Assembly: GCA_964358085.1 (NCBI GenBank)
Contig: CAYHNU010000002.1
Span: 1 to 42,177 of the forward strand
From: an uncultured Gammaproteobacteria bacterium
Lineage (GTDB): Bacteria; Patescibacteriota; Microgenomatia; CAZETR01; Amesbacteraceae
Length of the DNA: 42,177 nucleotides
Reading direction: 5' to 3'
Made by a program: the position numbers and the translations under genes. The notes beneath the pieces are model-generated. The model searched no databases, was not told the origin of the DNA, and worked only from the letters and a program-made list of their open reading frames with translations. Within the stretch, counting starts at the first letter, position 1. The number at the start of each line of letters is the position of its first letter. Positions 35,581-42,177 of the stretch are shown here, piece by piece.

Positions 35581-36804
35581 CAAAATCAAAGTGTCTTTCC
35601 AAGAGCGGTTGATTGTTTCGTGGGGTAGAGGAGATGAGTGGTCGGTGTTGGAGATTAAGGCTATTGTTTTTATTTGTTGTTTGAGTTCTTTTTTAAGGCG
35701 TAGTAAATTACTACCGAATTTACTAAAGATAGTTTGTACTCCTTTGATCTCGATTAAGTGCAGCCTACCTTCCAATTCAATAACGAGATCAATCTCTAGT
35801 TTGTCTGGGGTACGCAGATAATATAAAGTTGGTGATAGGCCGCGATTGTAAAATCGTTTGAGAGTATCAATAATCACAAAAGTTTCAAACAATGGGCCAA
35901 AATATGGACTAGATAGTAGAACTTCGGAACTGTGTAACCCCATAAGGTAAGTAGCTAGTCCGGTGTCGACAAAGTAAAGTTTTGGTCTTTTTACCAATCT
36001 TTTGCCGATGTTTTTGTAGTAAGGATAGAGTAGGTAAACCTGGTGACTGGCTTCCAGAAGCGATAACCAGCGTTTGGCAGTAGTATGGCTAACGCCCACG
36101 TCACTTGCCAGCCCAGTAATATCCAATATTTGACCAGTACGAGTAGCACAGATTCGTAGAAAGGTTTGAAATTGACCAAGATCACCCACTTGCTTGAGAT
36201 TGCGTATGTCTCGTTCTAAATAGGTAGCTATATAGGAACCACACCAAAAATTACGATCGACAGCAAGTTGAAGGGAGGGCTCCGGATAACCCCCCCGTAA
36301 TAATAGTTTAGATAAGTTTAAAGTTGGGATAGCGGGGCGATTGAATTTGTCGAAATTTTCTAACCATGAAGTGGGCGATAGGCTGGTGGATCCTTGTTTG
36401 GCGATTTCGGCTACCGAGAGCGGTAGGAGAGAAAAGACTGCGGCTCTACCAGCTAAAGACTCCCCCACACCCTGCATGAGCGCAAAATTTTGTGAGCCGG
36501 TGATAAGCCATTGCCCGGGATCTCGGTGGTTGTCAATAGCTGATTTGATATACGACAACAGCTCGGGAACATATTGAATTTCGTCAAGGATAACTGGCAT
36601 TTTTAACCGCCCAAGAAATCCCCGGGGATCAGTTTTGGCATAATCCTGTTGATCTGGATCTTCCAGGCTCACATAACTATGGGTTGTGCCAAATAAATTT
36701 TTTAATAGAGTTGTTTTGCCTGATTGGCGTGGACCAGTGAGAATTAGAGCAGGAAAGGTTCGAATAGCCTGTTTGAGACTGGAAGAGATGGTTCTAGGCA
36801 GCAT
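35578..36804 (-). CDS. AAA-family ATPase with C-terminal DUF4143 (COG1373-type)
   Basis: Walker A LILTGPRQSGKTTLL, Walker B VILDEIQY, and a C-terminal region typical of DUF4143 proteins. TTGACA-16 nt-CATAAT (36839-36812) lies 7 nt upstream of the ATG. Confidence 0.8.
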   Translation of the reverse strand: MLPRTISSSLKQAIRTFPALILTGPRQSGKTTLLKNLFGTTHSYVSLEDPDQQDYAKTDPRGFLGRLKMPVILDEIQYVPELLSYIKSAIDNHRDPGQWLITGSQNFALMQGVGESLAGRAAVFSLLPLSVAEIAKQGSTSLSPTSWLENFDKFNRPAIPTLNLSKLLLRGGYPEPSLQLAVDRNFWCGSYIATYLERDIRNLKQVGDLGQFQTFLRICATRTGQILDITGLASDVGVSHTTAKRWLSLLEASHQVYLLYPYYKNIGKRLVKRPKLYFVDTGLATYLMGLHSSEVLLSSPYFGPLFETFVIIDTLKRFYNRGLSPTLYYLRTPDKLEIDLVIELEGRLHLIEIKGVQTIFSKFGSNLLRLKKELKQQIKTIALISNTDHSSPLPHETINRSWKDTLIL

Positions 36805-36858
36805 AATGGTAATTATGGCCTGTCTTTTGAACTTGTCAAGTTCTAATTCCAGGGGACA

Positions 36859-36891
36859 TGAACGATTTTGTGCAAGCTACAGGCTTTTTCA
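36859..36891. repeat. 33-bp direct repeat, right copy
   Basis: Identical to 35548-35580. Confidence 0.9.
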
Positions 36892-36979
36892 TGGTTCGAC
36901 TGCGCCCTTCGATTTCACTCAGGGTCTTCGACTCACCATCTTCGACACAAAAATTTGGGAGAGATAGTATAATTCGGGT

Positions 36980-39943
36980 ATGGGCGAACCAGAAGAAAAA
37001 TCTGTTGAGGTAAAGCCTTTGGCTAGTTATAGCGAGGGGGAGAGAGAGGAGGCCGTTAAGAAGGGCTTGCATTTTTCGGCCGAAAGGGAAGCCGCAAGGG
37101 TTGTTGCGGAGTTGTCATCAGATCAACGCGGCGATCAAAAAGAAGTGGCCAAAGCGATTGCCAGAGCAGCATATACGCCAGGTGGCAGCTTAGGAGACGA
37201 TGGGGTTGCGAGAGCCATGGCTTTGAAGATAGCTGAAGTAATAAGGGACGGAGGTTTGGAACAATCTACTGGTGAGAAAATTTTGAGCTTGGCTGGTGAA
37301 ATTGAAGCTAGAGCAAAAGCGTTGGTACAAATCTCGGTTCCTGCAGGTAGCGTGCCAAAACGCGACGAAATGGTTCGTCCAGCAGACATAGCAGAAGATG
37401 AATCTATGAGAGATTATCTTAGGAAGCCATTGCCCCCAGAGCCAGCAGAAGCGGAGCATGTTGAGGGGGAGTGGAGAGAGGTAGCCAGTGACGAGCAGGA
37501 CAACGTTCGACCACCCGTAATATCAGTGGCGGATGTGGTTGTCGGGGCGACTTTAGCAGAGGCGGTTGACGCGGCTCAGCGGAAAGGGGGGAAAAAGACA
37601 AGGCCAGCGGAATCACCAGAACCTGAACAGAAACCTGCTGCTGGATCCGGAGAAGTGAGGGAAACTAAAAGGGAGGCTTTTGATTGGGAGAAAAACGAAG
37701 CGGAACTAATGAAAATCGTTGACAAAGAGAAGGGCGGTAGACCGTTCTCATCAAGCCGGGCAGCGGAATTGACAGGCGAAAGAGATGCTTATTGGGAGGA
37801 ACACAAAGGGGAGCATATAACCGCCGAAGATAAAAATGCGGCGGGGAATTTGATTGATGACCAGGTTAGACGTTACGATTCAGACGGATTGGTGCCGGGG
37901 GCGAAACCAGGGGATCCGCTGCAATTATTCTTGGAAGACGTGGACAGAAAGATAGGGGTTTATACGAACGGAAGTCAAAAAGATCCCGTAAAAGCCAGTT
38001 GGTGGAGGGGGGTTAGGGTTAATGTTGAACAAAGGTGTTTAAGAGCAGAGTTGAGTCTTAGGACAAAAATTCCCGGGGGAGAGGCAGAGGAGGTGGGAGA
38101 AAGAATAAAAGAATTGGGTATTGAGTCAAAATATCTGGTTTGGGGAAGAAACAAAGATGCGACAAAGGGTAGGTGGAACCAGCTGGCTGCCAGGCATACG
38201 CAGTGGCTGATGGAGAACGATCCTGGTTTGAAAGATGGAGTTGAAGCAAGGAAACGGGCCGAGGGGGTGGGAGGGCAAAGGTTTGGGGGTGGGTTTGAAA
38301 ACTTTCCGGTCAGCCCGCCACCAGCACATTATGTGGCTATCTTTAGGGAGGGAAGGTATGGTTCATTTGAAAAACAGTGGGGGGACAAGGTCAAGTTTCT
38401 AAGCGTGCTGAACGAAGATGACAGATTGGCCTGGTGTTATGCAAATATGGGGGCTTTTGCAAATGGCGTTATTCAAACAAAAGACTGGAAAGCCGTAGTA
38501 GATTTATGGTTGGGAGATATCAAAGATTCGGCCAATTTGGTTAAGGCAGGTAGAGAGAAAATGGTTGGAATTAAAGAAACAGAAAAAGATTTACGGGCCA
38601 TGATGGCTCTGTCGGCTTCTGCCCGGGCAATGGAGGGGTCAGCTGGATCGGCTGCAACATATGTAAAACTTCTTACGGTTGATCGAGATGGCGACCTGGA
38701 CAAACAAGACACATGGGCTGAGTTTTTATTGCATGATGACCCCGAGAAATATTGGAGAGTTGTTTCCCAACCATTAGTCAAGCATTACTACTACAAAATT
38801 CTGGCTCAGGCGGGAATAAGTCTAGACAATGAGTCTGGTCAGACAATAGACGGAAAGCTTAGAAAGGTAAGTAGTTTTAAGGTAAATAGTGATACGGCCT
38901 TGTCAAGTGAACTGTTCGGTTTTCTTAGGCAGACAGAGGGGGCGAAATATAAAGGAGGTTTTGAACCATATATCTCAGACGGATTGCTTGTAACTGACGA
39001 TGAGGCTTTTGTTTCGGCACAGGCGGAATTAGGTGTAGACGAATCTGCCCGTTGGTCAGCTGCCAGGCTCGCTTGTGATGCTTTTATGGTCGACAAATTG
39101 ACCAGATGGGAAAGTGAAACAAGGAAAGATAAAGTTAAATATCCAGATAAAACCAACATAAAGCCGTACGTGGGTTGGGGGGGAGATCCTCTAATATTGG
39201 TTCTTCAACCCTCGTTCCTTTCTAGAGTTATTAAGAAGGTCTATTCAAAAGAGGATAAGGCTATCATGGACATGACAGATAACGCTTTCAGGCCTGTGGA
39301 TATTTTCGATGGACTCAAGGGAACAGATGTGGAACCGCTTCCTATTTCGATGGTGGGTCACTTAAAAGGGTACGCTCGATATAATGATGCCTTGTGGCAG
39401 TTTTTGGGTGGGTCTAGGGCGGCTGGTATTCCTCAATGGACAAACGATACTATGGCTAAAACTCTGCCGGCGATAGGTGAGCTATTGGATCAAGTGTATG
39501 GAGGAGCTGGCAAGAAAGACGTTGATGGCAAAACCGACAACACTGGGAAGCAGGTGGTGGGAGCCATGATGGCTAGGATTTTGGAATGTAAAGCGTTGGC
39601 TACGGCAGTAGAGTCTGCTAGACCAGGGTTTAAAGACAATTTAAGAATTTTGTTTAATGTTGGTGATCCTAAAGAAGCCAGGCCGTTTTTGGAAGTAGAA
39701 AAATTTATTTGGGGACCCGATCTTGATTCCAAGAAGGGTTTTTTGGCATCTTTAGTGGGGGGGAGAACCCGGTTTATACTTAAAGACAATAAATACGGAG
39801 CTGAAACAGCATTAAAAAATACATGGGAGATATTGAACTCCAACGATCAAGATCCTAAGGGTAGGGGGAAAGCGGCGACACTTAATAGGGTAGGATTTCT
39901 TCTTGATGTAGCTCAAGCCTTGGCGAAAAATCAGAAAAGATGA
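36980..39943 (+). CDS. 987-aa hypothetical protein with no recognisable domain, TM helix or signal peptide
   Basis: Uninterrupted 2.96-kb ORF. TATAAT (36968-36973) lies 6 nt before the ATG. Acidic low-complexity N-terminal third, Trp/Tyr-rich remainder. Confidence 0.7.
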   Translation: MGEPEEKSVEVKPLASYSEGEREEAVKKGLHFSAEREAARVVAELSSDQRGDQKEVAKAIARAAYTPGGSLGDDGVARAMALKIAEVIRDGGLEQSTGEKILSLAGEIEARAKALVQISVPAGSVPKRDEMVRPADIAEDESMRDYLRKPLPPEPAEAEHVEGEWREVASDEQDNVRPPVISVADVVVGATLAEAVDAAQRKGGKKTRPAESPEPEQKPAAGSGEVRETKREAFDWEKNEAELMKIVDKEKGGRPFSSSRAAELTGERDAYWEEHKGEHITAEDKNAAGNLIDDQVRRYDSDGLVPGAKPGDPLQLFLEDVDRKIGVYTNGSQKDPVKASWWRGVRVNVEQRCLRAELSLRTKIPGGEAEEVGERIKELGIESKYLVWGRNKDATKGRWNQLAARHTQWLMENDPGLKDGVEARKRAEGVGGQRFGGGFENFPVSPPPAHYVAIFREGRYGSFEKQWGDKVKFLSVLNEDDRLAWCYANMGAFANGVIQTKDWKAVVDLWLGDIKDSANLVKAGREKMVGIKETEKDLRAMMALSASARAMEGSAGSAATYVKLLTVDRDGDLDKQDTWAEFLLHDDPEKYWRVVSQPLVKHYYYKILAQAGISLDNESGQTIDGKLRKVSSFKVNSDTALSSELFGFLRQTEGAKYKGGFEPYISDGLLVTDDEAFVSAQAELGVDESARWSAARLACDAFMVDKLTRWESETRKDKVKYPDKTNIKPYVGWGGDPLILVLQPSFLSRVIKKVYSKEDKAIMDMTDNAFRPVDIFDGLKGTDVEPLPISMVGHLKGYARYNDALWQFLGGSRAAGIPQWTNDTMAKTLPAIGELLDQVYGGAGKKDVDGKTDNTGKQVVGAMMARILECKALATAVESARPGFKDNLRILFNVGDPKEARPFLEVEKFIWGPDLDSKKGFLASLVGGRTRFILKDNKYGAETALKNTWEILNSNDQDPKGRGKAATLNRVGFLLDVAQALAKNQKR

Positions 39944-39944
39944 T

Positions 39945-41672
39945 TTATTCTCCCACGGTTGGCGGGGTGTCCGGCATTTGACCGCGAGGGCTTTGAGTAG
40001 CCGCGGCGGGAGCTCCAGGAACTCTGGTTCCAAGTCTAGTTGTCCAGGCTTTCCCGACATCAGTAGCAACATTGACACTGCGGAGACCAAAGGCGAGAGG
40101 ACCCGTGAGGGCTTCTCCAATAGCCCCACCATATTTAAATGCGGGGATCTTGAGGGCGTCGCGGATCATATCCGCTATTTTTGGAGTGAGTGTAAAAATT
40201 ACAAAACCCATAGCAAGTGAGATAAACGTACCGGTTTCGGCGCCCATGAAGGGGAGATTGAGTTGAGTACCTCCGAAAGTATTAAAGGTGTTTAAGTGGA
40301 GATAAAATGTGTTTGTAAACCAGTTTCCAGATAAAATATTCTGAATAACTAACATGATTGGTATAGTGGCAAAAACAGAGGCGTTGGCGATTAAGTTTCG
40401 GAGCCACGGGCCGAAGCCTTGTTGGCCGGGGATGAGATCGAGCATGATTTGGAGAGGGGCGATGATTATTTGCAATGTCAGCATGACATAAGCTTTGACC
40501 ATCATCCAAAATATTTTCCATAGAGTAATTAAGAAAATTATTGCTACTATAATGGCAAAAATAACACCTATTACTATTACAACTCCGGCGACTGGGAAGA
40601 GGATAAGAGATATTATGGCGGTTAACCCTAGAACGGTGAGAATGGGCCCCAACATTTGCATGGCCATGTATTGGGAGAAACTTGTGTTGAGAAGGTTATT
40701 GATGGCATTTGGTAGATCTGAATTATTAATTATTCCCCCCAAAGACAGAAAACCGGTTATGGCGACAACAACTACATAAACAAGGTCGATGACCAGACCA
40801 GCGATGGCGAAGGAGAAAGTGACTAACAACATTGTGATAATTAATTTTGGGATCATGGTTTGGAGGGAAACGACGGTTTGGGGATTAATTTTGACACGGA
40901 ACATAATCAAGAAACCGGAGGCGACGAGAAGGATGACCATAATGAGGTAAGACATATTGCGAGTGGCGGTCCAGAGAGCGCGGACGGCGCTGTTGGTATT
41001 GTTTCCACCAAGCCCGCTGAATCCATATCCTTGGGCATAGGCCGGCTGGACACCAGTGCTGATGTCTAAGATTCGACTGGCCATATATTTGATTTCGTTG
41101 ACTCCAGAAACAGGAGGATTGGAATACAAGGTGGAGACGCCACCGGCCAATAGGCCAGCAGGACCAAGTTTAGAATAATCGGCCAGGGTTGGTGTCTGAC
41201 CGGACTGAGCTATACCGAGGATATCATTAATGACATTAAAAAAGTCCAGAAGTTGGAGGGGGTTTTCGATGCCGGAGGTGGGGTTAATCATAGTGGAAAT
41301 AGAGTTGATGATCCAATTGATTTGAGCGAAGGTGTAACGCTCGCCGAAGATTTCATTTTGGTCTCCTCCTGTGACCTTGGCAGCAAACTGAGTGGGGTTT
41401 TGGTTGTACCATGGGCCGTCAACCTGGTTGGCAAAAAGAGTATCCATGCTGCCGAGAAATTGGACACAGGCGAGTTCGTCTGGGAAAAGGTTGAGATATG
41501 GACCAGTGATAGCGCAGGAGCCGACCGCGAAGACGCAGGAGGCTTCGTCTTTGAAACCGTATTGGGCATAATTGGTACAGTCGGCGGTGGCGGCGAGGGC
41601 GGAGCCAGCCGTCGCTAAAGCTATGGCTGGTAAAAGAATGAGAAGAAGCAATGTGGGCAGGAACTTTTTCAT
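39945..41672 (-). CDS. VirB6/TrbL-like polytopic membrane protein with signal peptide and N-terminal extracytoplasmic domain
   Basis: Signal peptide MKKFLPTLLLLILLPAIALATAGSALA, a soluble domain of about 200 aa, then about 8 TM helices. The call rests on architecture and context, not on a sequence motif. Confidence 0.45.
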   Translation of the reverse strand: MKKFLPTLLLLILLPAIALATAGSALAATADCTNYAQYGFKDEASCVFAVGSCAITGPYLNLFPDELACVQFLGSMDTLFANQVDGPWYNQNPTQFAAKVTGGDQNEIFGERYTFAQINWIINSISTMINPTSGIENPLQLLDFFNVINDILGIAQSGQTPTLADYSKLGPAGLLAGGVSTLYSNPPVSGVNEIKYMASRILDISTGVQPAYAQGYGFSGLGGNNTNSAVRALWTATRNMSYLIMVILLVASGFLIMFRVKINPQTVVSLQTMIPKLIITMLLVTFSFAIAGLVIDLVYVVVVAITGFLSLGGIINNSDLPNAINNLLNTSFSQYMAMQMLGPILTVLGLTAIISLILFPVAGVVIVIGVIFAIIVAIIFLITLWKIFWMMVKAYVMLTLQIIIAPLQIMLDLIPGQQGFGPWLRNLIANASVFATIPIMLVIQNILSGNWFTNTFYLHLNTFNTFGGTQLNLPFMGAETGTFISLAMGFVIFTLTPKIADMIRDALKIPAFKYGGAIGEALTGPLAFGLRSVNVATDVGKAWTTRLGTRVPGAPAAATQSPRGQMPDTPPTVGE

Positions 41673-41699
41673 CTCTCTAAGTGTACCACGATGGTATTC

Positions 41700-42119
41700 A
41701 TTATTCAGTATTCATTACTCGGTTTTTCAGTAACTTTTGCGCTTTTGGATGATACTGGAGAAAATGCGAACGATCTCGTCGCTTTCTGATATCAATTCAC
41801 TGGTATTAATTGTGGGGAAACAGCTGGGGATTAGATCGAGCCAATACTTTGTTTCTTTGGCTTCCTTTTTAACTACCGATAATTTATGAATAACATCTTT
41901 ATTGCTCTCCGCTTCTACAGATTCTTCGAAATTTGCGCCGATGGACGTTGACGATCTGAGTAATTGATTGGTGAGAACCTTTCCGACTTTGTCGTCGGGT
42001 AACTTTTTACAAAGATTAATGGTCTTAATAACAAAGGATTTGATCTTTGTTCTGAGGCTGTTTATTTTATCTTCTTTGTCGTTCATAAACTGAATAATGA
42101 GTAATGAGGACTGAATAAT
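41700..42119 (-). mobile_element. four-helix-bundle ORF cassette bounded by imperfect 21-nt inverted repeats
   Basis: ATTATTCAGTATTCATTACTC (41700-41720) versus GAGTAATGAGGACTGAATAAT (42099-42119). 19 of 21 positions are complementary. Confidence 0.35.
41727..42086 (-). CDS. four-helix-bundle protein (23S rRNA intervening-sequence protein / Avd-like family)
   Basis: LTNQLLRSSTSIGANFEES....S..D.IHKLSVVKKEAKETKYWLDLI is the family signature. Confidence 0.85.
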   Translation of the reverse strand: MNDKEDKINSLRTKIKSFVIKTINLCKKLPDDKVGKVLTNQLLRSSTSIGANFEESVEAESNKDVIHKLSVVKKEAKETKYWLDLIPSCFPTINTSELISESDEIVRIFSSIIQKRKSY

Positions 42120-42177
42120 TAATATTATTGGGCCAGATTGGCGGATTTGATGATGAGCTGGAGGGGGGCGGTGTTTT

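Larger units (their letters stand above)
35548..36891 (-). mobile_element. single-gene insertion module (DUF4143 ATPase with its own promoter) bounded by 33-bp perfect direct repeats
   Basis: The repeats flank the gene exactly. The module splits the PrgI-VirB4 operon from its upstream region. No transposase or integrase is present. Confidence 0.4.

Noticed and set aside
35498-36967. Plus-strand ORFs 35498-35821 and 36686-36967, which share the peptide ERFCASYRLFH.
   Set aside because: The shared peptide is only the translation of the 33-bp direct repeat. Both ORFs are antisense to, or flank, the ATPase gene.
41727-42086. Avd-like four-helix-bundle ORF as evidence for a diversity-generating retroelement.
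   Set aside because: No reverse transcriptase and no template/variable repeat pair is visible in the window. The family also occurs alone, so a DGR cannot be claimed.
42125-42177. Possible 3' end of a minus-strand gene (...NTAPLQLIIKSANLAQ*) at the window edge.
   Set aside because: Only 17 codons are visible, which is too short to support a call.

Overview
This 42.2 kb window is a compact, gene-dense bacterial chromosome segment spanning the replication origin (rpmH-rnpA-yidD-yidC-jag | dnaA-oriC-dnaN). Gene content suggests a small-genome, Patescibacteria/CPR-like organism, though that is inference only. The clues are a short ValRS, DUF4012, a four-helix-bundle ORF, a small GIY-YIG ORF and stop codons 1 nt apart.

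Secure housekeeping calls are groES/groEL, tsaE/tsaD, valS, rplY(ctc), rnhA, tRNA-Cys, dnaA and dnaN. An envelope-glycan block lies at 0.2-4.8 kb.

The most interesting region is a 13 kb minus-strand island directly after dnaN (28.7-41.7 kb). It encodes a VirB4 ATPase, a PrgI/VirB3-like protein, a VirB6/TrbL-like polytopic protein and an 890-aa membrane/M23-peptidase fusion. No coupling protein or relaxase is seen. The island is interrupted by a 987-aa orphan gene on the opposite strand with no recognisable domain, and by a DUF4143 ATPase gene bounded by perfect 33-bp direct repeats.

A second hotspot (4.8-5.35 kb) has a GIY-YIG ORF and an intact tRNA-Cys nested between the two halves of a broken tRNA-Cys-like gene. 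It also holds three copies of a 30-nt double hairpin with compensatory substitutions.

Short 15-25 nt modules and 7-8 nt tandem repeats recur in-frame inside unrelated conserved genes across the window. All calls come from reading the sequence and ORF translations; no database search was run.
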